Shown: positions 1-9,512 of the stretch, piece after piece
How positions within the stretch are numbered: the stretch's first letter is position 1
How the letters are laid out: every line of letters starts with the position of its first letter
NCBI RefSeq assembly: GCF_054482595.1
Contig: NZ_CM137008.1
Reading direction: 5' to 3' (one strand)
DNA: 64,000 bases
Notes under the pieces: model-generated
Database searches by the model: none
Told to the model about the DNA's origin: nothing
What the model saw: the letters and a program-made list of their open reading frames with translations, nothing else
Program-made: the position numbers and the translations under genes

Positions 1-2781
1 AATGTCAAAAATTTCCATACGTTGGCGCTTCTGCTGCCGCTCCAGTAGCTTCAGCTTTTCCTGGTTTTGCTTTTGTTCTTCGATCGATTGTGCCAGTCTG
101 GCTTCTCGCTTCAACGACTTGATTTGCATTTTGGTATCGCGTAATGCTTCTTCCGCCGCAAAGATCATGTCTTCAGCCCATTTTTCCAGCTTATCTCTTT
201 CCGCTTCAAAAAGGACATTGTTCTGCTCCAAAACTTCCGCAAGCCTGGCGTCAATTTGCCTGTTCTTGAGTAAGATCAAGTCATCAGGTAATGCATCTAA
301 ACTTGCCGAATTATCCAGCTTTTCGTTGGTTATTGCAGACAAGTTGAACAGACGTTTACAAGCCTCACCATCTACCACACGGCCGCTGTCAGTTTTCGCG
401 GTAAAGACTAAAAATTGCTGCCGGTTAAACGCATCAACAGTAAGCAAATTTAGTGTTAACCACCCTGATAGCCCTTTCAGCTGCTCAGCCACCGAGACTT
501 TCGTTGTGTGGTTACTGTAATCGAAGATGACTTCAGCTGTTTTCGTCTCCTGGGCTTTGGCTCCCTCAATGACGTACTCACCCAGCGGATGATTGATCCG
601 ATATGCAAAACTGTGGTGATCCTGCATTTGTAACGCACTATTTTGCCTGCCATCTTTGCGCAACAGCTGATACTGCCCCACAGGCAGTTCATTGACTGAC
701 TCACGTAAAGTAAAACGATGATGCTCATGATCAAAATCAGCATATTGTTTGAGCTGCTGACAGGTAACGGCCCAAAACCAACGACCGACTTTATCCAGAC
801 GCTCCCGAGCTTCATCAAGCCTTATTTTAAGGATATCGTGAATATCTTCATCAAAATGCTCAAGCAACTGTTCCTGCGTCTTCTGCATCTTGAGATTGAT
901 TTCATCTTCCAGCTCTTTCTGCAACCTTTCAAAAGCCAGCTCTATCTCCTCGGGGGTACGGCATGACTCATAAATTGACTGGATCCTTTTTTCAAAATCC
1001 ACTCCATTTTCTATGCTGCCAAGCACACTATCCGATGCACCAAACACGCCATCAAACAGGCTGAACTTTTCAGTTAAGAGTTCAAGAACTCGTTGATCGG
1101 CCTGGTTTCGCTGATTGAGGAAGTTAATAACAACCACATCAAACTTTTGCCCGTATCGGTGACAACGCCCAATACGCTGTTCAATGCGTTGTGGATTCCA
1201 GGGTAAATCGTAATTGATCAGTAGCGAACAAAATTGCAGGTTCACCCCTTCAGCTGCAGCTTCTGTAGCTATCATGATTTCAGCATGATCTTTGAAGTGG
1301 TCGATCAAAGCCGAGCGTTTATCAATTTGCGCCGACCCGGTAATACGAGAAGATCCCTGATATTCCTCGCGCCATTGCTGGTAGATCTTGTTTGCCTGCG
1401 GTGTATTGTTTGTGCCACTAAAGGTTACTACTTTCCCCTGGTAGCCATTGTTTTCCAGAAAATGTGCAAGATACTGTTGAGTTCGCATTGACTCCGTGAA
1501 GATGATGACTTTTTTTGCAGCCCCCATTTCGGCAAGCTGTGCAAAACCTTGCTCCAGGCCAGAAAGCAACTCTTTTGATTTGGTATCAGTGCCAATCTGT
1601 TCTGCTTTGACAATGAGTGATTCCAGCTCATTGATTTCTGCCTGAAGCGCGTCTGAATCGACAACTTTGCACTCGGTATCTAAAGCCACTGATTCGGCAT
1701 CTTCCACGATGTCATCTTCAAGATCGTCATCCATTATGATCTGTTGGATGATGTTCATATCATCTTCAACGATACCTTCCAGCTTTAACCTTTCTAAACG
1801 ACTCTTAAGGATCTGCAAGTTATTCAATACAGCTTTCGTACTTGAGGAAAGTAGCTTTCTGAGAATAAGCCCCGTCAGATGCCGGTGTCGTTTTGGTAAG
1901 GCATAGCTATCCTCACGTTCAAGCAATTTTTGTACGCGTTCATAAAGATCCTGCTCCTGTTCGCTCGGATAGAAAGGAATAGTGATCGCTTTACGTTCTG
2001 TATACTTGATGTACTCCAGCACATTCTTGCGTAAAGTTCGTTTGATAAAACGCGACAATCGCCCCTTCAACTCCGCAATATCGCTATCTGCCTGCATATA
2101 TTGCTTTCTGAACGCTTTAACTTCGCCGAAGGTATGTTCATCTATAAGCGTCGACATGCCATACAGTTCCATTAACGAATTCTGTAAAGGCGTTGCGGTC
2201 AGTAGTAATTTTTTCCGCCCATCAAGCGCACGCTTTAACGCTTGCCCCATTTTGTTACTTTCTCGATGAGCATTACGCAGTTTATGGGCTTCGTCGATAA
2301 CAACCAGATCCCACATTTCAGCCACCAATTTTTCTTCTAACCGAGCAGCATAGTGGTATGACATGATAGTGATCGATTTATTATTTAAGGGATTATGGAT
2401 CCCTTCTTTTTGAAGCTGGCTATACGTTTTCGCGTCCAACACCTGAGAAGGTAGATTGAACTTTTCCTGTAACTCGCTCGCCCATTGGCGACGCAGTGAA
2501 GCAGGACAAATGATCAACAGTTTACGTTTTCTTTCAGCCCACAACTGGCAAAGCACTAACCCCGCTTCAATGGTTTTACCTAAACCAACTTCATCGGCAA
2601 GCACAACACCTTTGCTTAGCGGATTTTCAATAGCAAAAAGAGCCGCCTCAATTTGATGAGGATTTAGATCTACGCTTGCATCAAACAGCGATTGAGACAG
2701 ACGGTCCACCCCATTGTTTGAATGGAGAATGGAAAGTTCATGCGCAAAATATTTCGCATGATAAGGTGTTGTACCAATCAT
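1..2781 (-). CDS. SNF2-family helicase (N-terminal ~927 aa; gene runs off window start)
   Basis: Minus-strand ORF from ATG at 2781 with an in-frame TGA just upstream (2830-2832), read through to position 1 without a stop. Translated motifs: LADEVGLGKT (Walker A), VIDEAHKLRN (DEAH box), DLPWNPQRIEQRIGRCHRYGQ (motif VI); K/E/Q-rich coiled-coil-like C-terminal part. Absent from the ORF track because no stop lies inside the window. Confidence 0.8.
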   Translation of the reverse strand, partial: MIGTTPYHAKYFAHELSILHSNNGVDRLSQSLFDASVDLNPHQIEAALFAIENPLSKGVVLADEVGLGKTIEAGLVLCQLWAERKRKLLIICPASLRRQWASELQEKFNLPSQVLDAKTYSQLQKEGIHNPLNNKSITIMSYHYAARLEEKLVAEMWDLVVIDEAHKLRNAHRESNKMGQALKRALDGRKKLLLTATPLQNSLMELYGMSTLIDEHTFGEVKAFRKQYMQADSDIAELKGRLSRFIKRTLRKNVLEYIKYTERKAITIPFYPSEQEQDLYERVQKLLEREDSYALPKRHRHLTGLILRKLLSSSTKAVLNNLQILKSRLERLKLEGIVEDDMNIIQQIIMDDDLEDDIVEDAESVALDTECKVVDSDALQAEINELESLIVKAEQIGTDTKSKELLSGLEQGFAQLAEMGAAKKVIIFTESMRTQQYLAHFLENNGYQGKVVTFSGTNNTPQANKIYQQWREEYQGSSRITGSAQIDKRSALIDHFKDHAEIMIATEAAAEGVNLQFCSLLINYDLPWNPQRIEQRIGRCHRYGQKFDVVVINFLNQRNQADQRVLELLTEKFSLFDGVFGASDSVLGSIENGVDFEKRIQSIYESCRTPEEIELAFERLQKELEDEINLKMQKTQEQLLEHFDEDIHDILKIRLDEARERLDKVGRWFWAVTCQQLKQYADFDHEHHRFTLRESVNELPVGQYQLLRKDGRQNSALQMQDHHSFAYRINHPLGEYVIEGAKAQETKTAEVIFDYSNHTTKVSVAEQLKGLSGWLTLNLLTVDAFNRQQFLVFTAKTDSGRVVDGEACKRLFNLSAITNEKLDNSASLDALPDDLILLKNRQIDARLAEVLEQNNVLFEAERDKLEKWAEDMIFAAEEALRDTKMQIKSLKREARLAQSIEEQKQNQEKLKLLERQQKRQRMEIFDI

Positions 2782-3170
2782 CTTTTCTCTCTCTTCGCTG
2801 TACTTTTGACGATAACCTGCTGAATTGAATCAAGATAGTAAAAGGATACGCCAATAGTGGTTGATCCTTGAAGTAAGGACATCTCCGGTTGCGGGCCTTT
2901 GACACATAAAATCAGCAATTTTACGCATCGTTTCATGGCTAAACAATGGCACATTAAGAATGCCACTCGCTAAATGCAATCTATTTCCTGAGCCATTAGA
3001 CCAAGGCAATGAAGTTTTATATCTACTTAATTTTCAGGATGATGAATGAACATCATTGATGGGAATGGGGCTTCCGAAGTTCTTAGATTATCAGCGTTAC
3101 ATACAAACAAAGTAGTGAAAACACAGGCACAAAAAAAGCCGCCCTTGAGCGACTCGATTTGCATACGATG

Positions 3171-3193
3171 TGGTGCGAAGGCCGGACTCGAAC
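3171..3193 (-). repeat. tRNA 3'-end-derived repeat (acceptor/T-arm fragment ending CCA), probable island att remnant
   Basis: Reverse complement reads GTTCGAGTCCGGCCTTCGCACCA, as I recall a 1-nt-deleted match to the 3' end of tRNA-Leu (leuX); no cloverleaf upstream, so a partial copy rather than a gene. Confidence 0.5.
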
Positions 3194-3433
3194 ATGTGAC
3201 TTAACCTCATGATTTAAAATTGTTAATAATAAACAATATCATCTTATACCAACACAGATACCAACACGAAAAATCACTGGTTTTCGGCATCGAACCAGGA
3301 CAATCAGCTCCTGATTGAGATACCGAGCTCTGTTACTCGTCATCTTCCTCGACAGGCTTCATTGCATCAAGTAGTACTCGCACCATCGCGATAGAACCAA
3401 TCCGGATAAAAGCATCTTCTCCATCTATATCTG

Positions 3434-3580
3434 TTAACTGATATCGCTCACTTGATGCCGGATAAGTGTGTCGATTTGCAGCTGTGTACTCTTTTGTACA
3501 GCCAGAATGTGGCTGACTGAGGTGGAGCAGATAATGTCCCCGTTGACCACTTCCGGACGGGAGGCTGTGATTTCAGACAT
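3434..3580 (-). CDS. small hypothetical protein (48 aa)
   Basis: ATG at 3580 preceded by AAGGA; MSEITASRPEVVNGDII...; no recognisable family; below the ORF-track size cut-off. Confidence 0.2.
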   Translation of the reverse strand: MSEITASRPEVVNGDIICSTSVSHILAVQKSTQLQIDTLIRHQVSDIS

Positions 3581-3599
3581 AATTGATATTCCTTTTTGC

Positions 3600-3636
3600 A
3601 GATAAATGAAAACGCCAGCCCTGTTCAGGCTGGCGT
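3600..3636 (-). terminator. Rho-independent terminator-like hairpin
   Basis: GCCAGCC / GGCTGGC stem with 7-nt loop, followed on the minus strand by GTTTTCATTT. Confidence 0.45.
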
Positions 3637-3881
3637 CAGTGGAATGAAGTATGGTGAGTAATATTTATCGGTTCTGGTGCAGAAGCTGCAGTTGGCGCAG
3701 GGTACGGATACCCTCCCTGGCCTGTTCGATACAGGGCAACAGTGCTGCCGAATCCGTTTTATCCTCATCGTTGTCAAAGATAATTCCCGATTCGCAGTCG
3801 ATATTGTCCTGCAGCCACACAATCAGAATATCCAGCGCCGTTTCTGTGGTTAATGATTTCATCCTGTGTCTTTTGTCCTGG

Positions 3882-4370
3882 TTACCAGTTGAAAGTGGGT
3901 AAATCCTGCAGACATTCAGCACCGGCATCCAGATGAATGAGACTGACGCCATAACGCCGGATGAGTGTGACAACCAGACGGCGGAACGTTCTGGACAGCC
4001 CCAGGCGTTTAAGCCGCAGAACCGGGTATGACCACGCATCGGTACGTAACAGATATCCGCTACCTGTGAAATGAATCCATTCTGATTCGCCGGTGTCATT
4101 CGTCTGATTTGACAGCGAGTACAACCAGGCATTGTCCGTTTCCGTGATATGTGCGGTACTGCAGCGTATGCCGGTAAGGGCCGCAGATGGTGGCGTGCGC
4201 TCTGCTGATGTCCGGTCAGATTCATCAACAACACGAAGGGAGTAACCGTTATCGCAGACCACGTTAATCAGTTCAGCGAGAGTAACACCATCGACGTCAA
4301 CGACAATGCGCCCCATGTTCAGTGCCTGCACGTTAATGCTGTCGGCTTCCAGCGTCAGGGCCAGTTTCAT
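3882..4370 (-). CDS. YeeW-like protein of CP4-type prophage remnants
   Basis: ORF-track product ...[38 protein letters not shown]...; sits immediately after the CbtA-like toxin as in K-12 CP4-44 (recollection). Start taken at the MKLALT ATG. Confidence 0.55.
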   Translation of the reverse strand: MKLALTLEADSINVQALNMGRIVVDVDGVTLAELINVVCDNGYSLRVVDESDRTSAERTPPSAALTGIRCSTAHITETDNAWLYSLSNQTNDTGESEWIHFTGSGYLLRTDAWSYPVLRLKRLGLSRTFRRLVVTLIRRYGVSLIHLDAGAECLQDLPTFNW

Positions 4371-4744
4371 TGTTTCGCCCACGGATGTTTACCCAGGGTA
4401 ATGTTATTTACCGTTCTGTAATTGTCGCGGGCCATCAGGCCGGTTGCCCGGCGGGCCCGGAGGATATCAATACTGTTTATTAACTGAGAACGAGTACAGA
4501 CGCTGAATCCCGGCTGGTCGGTACGCACCAGTGCGTATTTTTCAACGAGAAAGTTCACCGCATCACACAGTGAAATGCCTGCCTCAATATGCTGCTCAAT
4601 CACACGTTCATCAGCGAACGGTGTGTCATTCAGTGTGAGGCCGTAATGCTGGTCCAGCAGTCGGGTGAGCAGTGTCTGCCAGATGGTGACGGGAGACTGG
4701 CAATGCGATGCCTCCCGTACGTGTGTATCGGGTAATGTGTTCAT
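4367..4744 (-). CDS. cbtA: CbtA/YeeV-family type IV toxin (cytoskeleton-targeting)
   Basis: Start set at internal ATG 4744 ([14 protein letters not shown]...); near-identical over most of its length to K-12 CbtA as I recall it (...[52 protein letters not shown]...). The ORF-track N-extension is rejected. Confidence 0.85.
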   Translation of the reverse strand: MNTLPDTHVREASHCQSPVTIWQTLLTRLLDQHYGLTLNDTPFADERVIEQHIEAGISLCDAVNFLVEKYALVRTDQPGFSVCTRSQLINSIDILRARRATGLMARDNYRTVNNITLGKHPWAKQ

Positions 4745-4833
4745 ACTGAAGATTTTCCTGATATGCAGAGATGAAAAATGGAAAAGTGGCGTGGTGAAAG
4801 CACCAGGCCGGAGAAGAAGGTTATTCTGGAGAG

Positions 4834-5202
4834 TTACTTTTTCGTTTCGGGCGTCGGATAAACAGCCATATAAACGTAGCCACAACTGCCGAGGGTGTCG
4901 GCTTCGCAGGTCAGCCTTTTTGCATACAGCGTGACGGTATGCTGATGGCGGGGATTCAGTTCACCGCTGGTGAGCATGAGTTCCAGTTGTTTCATCAGCA
5001 GCGGAAAGGCCTGGTCCAGATGGTACGCATCCGCGTCGCTGAACCGGCCTCTGATACCGGCGCGGTCTGCAAGGTAATGCAACCGGTTACCCTCCTGCAC
5101 CAGACGTGCCCCAAAACAGGGCGTCACGGTGCAGGGCAGTCCCCACCAGGTGCGGTCGTTATTGTCGTCGGGAAGCGTTGTCCCGGGGAGTGTGTCTGAC
5201 AC
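4834..5202 (-). CDS. cbeA: CbeA/YeeU-family antitoxin
   Basis: 122-aa ORF immediately upstream of the toxin; [50 protein letters not shown]... matches the YeeU/YfjZ/YafW family. Confidence 0.85.
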   Translation of the reverse strand: MSDTLPGTTLPDDNNDRTWWGLPCTVTPCFGARLVQEGNRLHYLADRAGIRGRFSDADAYHLDQAFPLLMKQLELMLTSGELNPRHQHTVTLYAKRLTCEADTLGSCGYVYMAVYPTPETKK

Positions 5203-5281
5203 GATAAAATCCTCACAGAAAATTGGTTAAGAATGGTCCGGTGGTGGCGATAATTCTGCTCTTCTGAATGCCCTTCCAGAC

Positions 5282-5503
5282 TCAGTTCAGGGTGACGCTC
5301 ATCAGCCGGACATACGGACCAAAACTGTCCTTACGGCGTTCTGCAAACACAGCCAGCACACCGGGAATATCCTGTACTTCACGGCCGGTATATGTATCCG
5401 TGCTACCGTGCCAGCGGTATTTACCGGTACAGAACGGAAAAAGACGGGATGCAGGATGCTGACGGTGAATACGCATGGCTTCACCACGGGTGATGATTTT
5501 CAT
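5282..5503 (-). CDS. YeeT/YpjJ-like DUF987 protein
   Basis: 73 aa; MKIITRGEAMRIHRQHPASRLFPFCTGKYRWHGSTDTYTGREVQDIPGVLAVFAERR; conserved partner upstream of cbeA. Confidence 0.75.
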   Translation of the reverse strand: MKIITRGEAMRIHRQHPASRLFPFCTGKYRWHGSTDTYTGREVQDIPGVLAVFAERRKDSFGPYVRLMSVTLN

Positions 5504-5589
5504 GAGAATAGTCCTCCTGAATGTGAAAGTAAGAAACAGCTGAGAAAGAGAAACTGAAGTGATATGAAGGTGATTGTGACGGTGACGGG

Positions 5590-6066
5590 TTAAAGCAGAC
5601 CGTGTTCGGCAAAGGAGAATACCTGGCTGCCACCGACTATCAGATGGTCCGGCACCCGGATATCCACCAGGGCCAGCGCCTGTACCAGACGTTCAGTGAT
5701 AAGCCGGTCTGCCTTACTGGGGGTGACTTCACCGGACGGGTGATTGTGCGCCAGCACCACGGCAGCGGCATTGTGGTACAGGGCACGTTTAATCACCTCC
5801 CGGGGATGGACTTCTGTGCGGTTGATGGTGCCTGTGAAGAGGGTTTCACCCGCAATCAGCTGATTCTGGTTGTTCAGATACAGCACCCGGAACTCTTCCC
5901 GCTCCAGTCCTGCCATGTTCAGAATCAGCCATTCCCGTGCCGCATGCGTGGAGGTGAAGGCCACGCCGGGTTCATGAAGATGGCGGTCCAGGGTTTTCAG
6001 GGCCCGCTGAATGAGGCTGCGCTCGCCGGGCGTCATCTCTCCGGGCAGAAAGGAAAGCTGTTGCAT
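5590..6066 (-). CDS. RadC-like JAB-domain protein (YeeS/YkfG/YfjY family)
   Basis: 158 aa with the JAMM-type motif ...VVLAHNHPSGEVTPSKADRLITERL... Confidence 0.85.
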   Translation of the reverse strand: MQQLSFLPGEMTPGERSLIQRALKTLDRHLHEPGVAFTSTHAAREWLILNMAGLEREEFRVLYLNNQNQLIAGETLFTGTINRTEVHPREVIKRALYHNAAAVVLAHNHPSGEVTPSKADRLITERLVQALALVDIRVPDHLIVGGSQVFSFAEHGLL

Positions 6067-6080
6067 TGTTCCGGCCCCTT

Positions 6081-6566
6081 TCAGTCAATGATGCGCATAA
6101 TGGCGTTGCATTCCGGATGTTGCAGGGCGTAATCCCGCAACCGATAATAATGGACCGTCATGGCATAACACTCCGTACGACAGGCATGATGACTGTACGT
6201 CATCAGACAGGCAGCAATGCCGGCGGCTTCCGGGCTCATTTCAGCGCGGTTACCGTTCATGGCATTGAACAGTACCCAGGTTTCTCCATCATCTTCATCC
6301 GGTTCGGGCGCCATAAATGCGCCGCCGTTATTCAGGGTGTACAGATTCCAGATACCACCGCAGTAGTCTTCACACAGACGGTCCATCCAGCCGAAGACAC
6401 GGGGCTCCAGGGTCACCCACTGTGGAATGAGGCCAAAGTGCTGCGGCCAGAAGCTGATGCGCTGTTCATCAGGGACGGGAGTGGCAACCAGTTGAGACTG
6501 GTTATTCCCTGATGCAGTAGTTACGGAAACAGAAGGTGTGGTGGAATTATGCGAAGAGGTTGTCAT
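6081..6566 (-). CDS. antirestriction protein (KlcA/ArdB-like; YfjX/YafX family)
   Basis: Start set at ATG 6566 (MTTSSHNSTTPS...); FWPQHFGLIPQWVTLEPRVFGWMDRLCEDYCGGIWNLYTLNNGGAFMAPE... is typical of CP4-type antirestriction proteins. Confidence 0.8.
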   Translation of the reverse strand: MTTSSHNSTTPSVSVTTASGNNQSQLVATPVPDEQRISFWPQHFGLIPQWVTLEPRVFGWMDRLCEDYCGGIWNLYTLNNGGAFMAPEPDEDDGETWVLFNAMNGNRAEMSPEAAGIAACLMTYSHHACRTECYAMTVHYYRLRDYALQHPECNAIMRIID

Positions 6567-6657
6567 GAGATTATTCCTTATAAAAAGCAAATGAATGGAA
6601 GAATGCCTGGGGACTGGTACAGACGTGAGTCAGGGCTGCACTTTCAGGGAAACAGCA

Positions 6658-7476
6658 TCAGCGCATGCTCTCCAGCAGCGTTTCTGCCATCACCCACAAT
6701 GCGCGGTTGAGCTTAATATCGGTGTCGATGCTGTGAATGGCACGGGTGTGGATACGTTTTCCTCTGGCACTGCGACCGGAAATTCCGCCTTTCAGCATAT
6801 TCTCCTGGATGGTCTGATAAGCACTCCACAGGTCCTTACCGTAATCCTCCCGGCGTCGTGGTGTCAGAATGTCGGCAGTGGTGACTGGCTGATGTTTGTC
6901 ACCATAACGGTAAGTCAGTGCCGCCTGTGCCAGCGCCTGGCGTGCCGGTGGCGGCAGGACCAGCGACTGCATGGCATCACGCTTCTCCTCTATCCGGTCA
7001 AAAACCCCCACCACCTCGTAAGCCCCTTCAATAACTTTCTCCACCACATTTCCCCGGTGCGGAACACGCACTTCCCCCAGAGACTGACCACAGACGCATC
7101 CGTTCTGGCAGACGAACCTGAAGTAACCCGGCAGCATCTGGTAGCTGGAGGTACCGTCATGAGAGTTGAGCAGAATAATTTCAGGGACATGTTCTCCGTT
7201 TATCTCTCCGGCCCGCCGCAGACGCAGCATATGTTTGGTGTATCCCCGGCGGCCCGGGTCGCGCACACGGGTCTGGCAGGCGAAGAACGGCTGAAAGCCT
7301 TCCCGCTGCAGACTTTCCAGCACGGTGATGGTGGGGATATACGTATAGCGTTCACTGCGGGAGGTATGCCGGTCTTCCCCAAAAATACCGGGTACATAGT
7401 GCATCAGTTCTTCGTGTGTCAGCGGACGGTCACGGCGTATCTGATTCGCATAACCAAAACGACTGGCTAATTGCAT
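6658..7476 (-). CDS. DUF932-family protein (YfjQ/YafZ-like)
   Basis: 272-aa ORF; family assigned by recollection of CP4-6/CP4-57 gene content. Confidence 0.75.
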   Translation of the reverse strand: MQLASRFGYANQIRRDRPLTHEELMHYVPGIFGEDRHTSRSERYTYIPTITVLESLQREGFQPFFACQTRVRDPGRRGYTKHMLRLRRAGEINGEHVPEIILLNSHDGTSSYQMLPGYFRFVCQNGCVCGQSLGEVRVPHRGNVVEKVIEGAYEVVGVFDRIEEKRDAMQSLVLPPPARQALAQAALTYRYGDKHQPVTTADILTPRRREDYGKDLWSAYQTIQENMLKGGISGRSARGKRIHTRAIHSIDTDIKLNRALWVMAETLLESMR

Positions 7477-7565
7477 ACTTTGCTCCTTATGAATGAATTA
7501 GCGGTATAAACGAAAAGGCCGCGTCTCCCGGAGAAGACGCGGCCTGATGGATGAAATGAAGACGT

Positions 7566-7775
7566 TTATTGCCTGAGAATTCCCTCACTGGCGAGATACG
7601 AATTTAGCTGTTTTCCGGCATCAGGTTCAAAATTCCAGCACCGCCAGCGTAGCTGCCCTTCGGCATTGCGGATAACCAGCCGGAAATGCGTTCCCTGGTC
7701 ATCTTCAATAAGCACATTGCGGTAAGCTGTTGTGACGGCAACCGCCTGTTCGCGTGAGAAAGGGCCTTCGGGCAA
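7566..7775 (-). CDS. DUF905 protein (YkfF/YfjT-like)
   Basis: 69 aa; [54 protein letters not shown] resembles K-12 YkfF. Confidence 0.7.
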   Translation of the reverse strand: MPEGPFSREQAVAVTTAYRNVLIEDDQGTHFRLVIRNAEGQLRWRCWNFEPDAGKQLNSYLASEGILRQ

Positions 7776-7804
7776 TAAAACAGGGTGGCAGTCCTACATA
7801 CCGG

Positions 7805-8482
7805 CTATTTTCCGATAAATTCAACGCTGGCGCCGGTGGCATTACCGTCAGCACCAACCGTGACGGTCACTTTGTCGTACGCACGGTCTTCAGGATTGAA
7901 TACTTCAAACTCAACCTTATTGCCTTTTACTTCGTAAGAGCCAAAATCAGCGGTTTCTGTTGTTTCCTCGTCATATTCCCGGGCGTATGCCTGCCGGGCA
8001 GCCTGCAGGACGGAATCTTTATCAATAGTGGTCGTCTGTTTCGGGGAAAAACCGGCAAGTGATGTGACAAATTTCGGACAGACCTTCAGCATATCACCGC
8101 GGGTGAATTCCATTCGTACACCAAATGCCTGTAAAACGGACACATCACGCTCTGCTATGGAGTGAACGGCTTTTTTGACCATTTCCGGCGCCTGTCCGAT
8201 TTCCACCTCAACAGCCCTGAATCCCGTCTGCTGATTACACATTTGTGATGTGGGGATCAGGTTACCGTTAATACTGATACGGCTGCCCAGGAGCGTCTGT
8301 ACACCATTCGGGCATCCCTGCATCAGGCCGGTAATACCAATCGTGCCATTTTTCAGCATTACCAGCGCCTGACCATCTTCCGTCATGGTCTGACACCAGC
8401 CGTTTTTGACAGCCCAGTTGCCGGCGGAGGCGGAGAATGATGCCACAGTGAACAGCAGGGGAAAAAGAGCTCTGGTATTCAT
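7805..8482 (-). CDS. secreted protein of unknown function (signal-peptide bearing)
   Basis: Start set at ATG 8482 (MNTRALFPLLFTVASFSASA...), a typical Sec signal; the longer ORF-track N-extension is rejected. Confidence 0.5.
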   Translation of the reverse strand: MNTRALFPLLFTVASFSASAGNWAVKNGWCQTMTEDGQALVMLKNGTIGITGLMQGCPNGVQTLLGSRISINGNLIPTSQMCNQQTGFRAVEVEIGQAPEMVKKAVHSIAERDVSVLQAFGVRMEFTRGDMLKVCPKFVTSLAGFSPKQTTTIDKDSVLQAARQAYAREYDEETTETADFGSYEVKGNKVEFEVFNPEDRAYDKVTVTVGADGNATGASVEFIGK

Positions 8483-8629
8483 GACTGACCTCTGAAATGA
8501 ACGTACGGTGTTATTGATAATGATGGAAGGTATGCAGTGACTGTTCAGGGAATGACGTAGCCGTATATTTAGTTTTCTGTTCAACATATTGTCTCCATAC
8601 CTGTCGGGACGGCTTTGGCAGGCCGGCAA

Positions 8630-9310
8630 TCACAGGTTAAAGGTGTTGATAAGTTTATGGATGAAAGAGAAATGTGGCAGGGCGGAGATAAAACGCTCTT
8701 CAGCGACCAGACTGTGGATGTGGCCTCTCCGTTCAAACCGTTCTGATGTCAGGCTGACTGATTTGATATCTGCCAGAGGAAAGACCTGCAGTTTTCCCTT
8801 CTGTAACGCGATCAGATACCAGCTACCGCTGTAATAAATGAGCCGGCAGGGCTCCAGTGACGGATACCATCGCTCAGTCATCAGAGAGATGTGGATACAC
8901 TGTCTTATTGCCAGGATGAGTTGCGAGAAACACTCGGGGAACGTTGCAGTGATATCCGGCGCCGGTAGCCAGATAAGGCAGGGAGAGGGCTCCTGGTTGT
9001 CGGTAAGACAGGTTATCAGTCGTCCGTTCCGGAGCGGAAGTATCCGTGCGATCCCGGTATTCTGTATAAAAGAAAGCATTTCAGGGATCGCACCTGGGCT
9101 GCTCTGTCGTCTGAGGCTGTACCTGCCATTTCTGTACTCTAAATCCAGGTGAACCAGACGCTGATGAAAATCGCGCTGTAAAGTACGTTCTGTAACGCCA
9201 AATTCATCTGACAGTGTTTTTAGTGACAGAGATTCTCCGGCCATCAGTCGGCTGATAATGAGTGATAAGCGAACCGCCAGGCGATCATGCCGGGAACGAT
9301 TATCAGACAT
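8630..9310 (-). CDS. WYL-domain transcriptional regulator (YfjR-like, HTH N-terminus)
   Basis: 226 aa; N-terminal HTH (LKTLSDEFGVTERTLQRDF), C-terminal region with YYSGSWYLIA, consistent with a WYL domain. Confidence 0.7.
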   Translation of the reverse strand: MSDNRSRHDRLAVRLSLIISRLMAGESLSLKTLSDEFGVTERTLQRDFHQRLVHLDLEYRNGRYSLRRQSSPGAIPEMLSFIQNTGIARILPLRNGRLITCLTDNQEPSPCLIWLPAPDITATFPECFSQLILAIRQCIHISLMTERWYPSLEPCRLIYYSGSWYLIALQKGKLQVFPLADIKSVSLTSERFERRGHIHSLVAEERFISALPHFSFIHKLINTFNL

Positions 9311-9512
9311 AGATGTGCACTCCGTAAGAAAACATCTTTTATTTCATGATGTTATTATGCATCATGATGTTGAAAGGATGTGTCGCATCCGGATAATCAG
9401 GAATAAAATGCAGCAGAAAAAATATTCTTTTAATTATCTGATTTTTAAGCATGATTTCATAAAAAGAAGAATGCTCGTTAATCCAGCGACACATCCTGTC
9501 GGCGTGAGTGTG

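Noticed and set aside
2-2656. Numerous + and - strand ORFs of 60-170 aa in the ORF track across the first 2.8 kb (e.g. 2-520 +, 477-818 -, 1234-1491 +, 1428-1664 -)
   Set aside because: They lie in other frames of, or antisense to, one continuous minus-strand frame (codon phase of the ATG at 2781) that carries all the SNF2 helicase motifs; low-complexity translations and no RBS support.
4367-4885. 172-aa version of the toxin ORF starting at 4885
   Set aside because: The N-terminal 47 residues are absent from CbtA-family toxins as I recall them and would overlap the antitoxin gene; the internal ATG at 4744 gives the canonical ~125-aa protein.
6595-7470. 291-aa + strand ORF
   Set aside because: It is antisense to the DUF932 gene (6658-7476, minus), which has the recognisable conserved sequence; likely a GC-rich antisense artefact.
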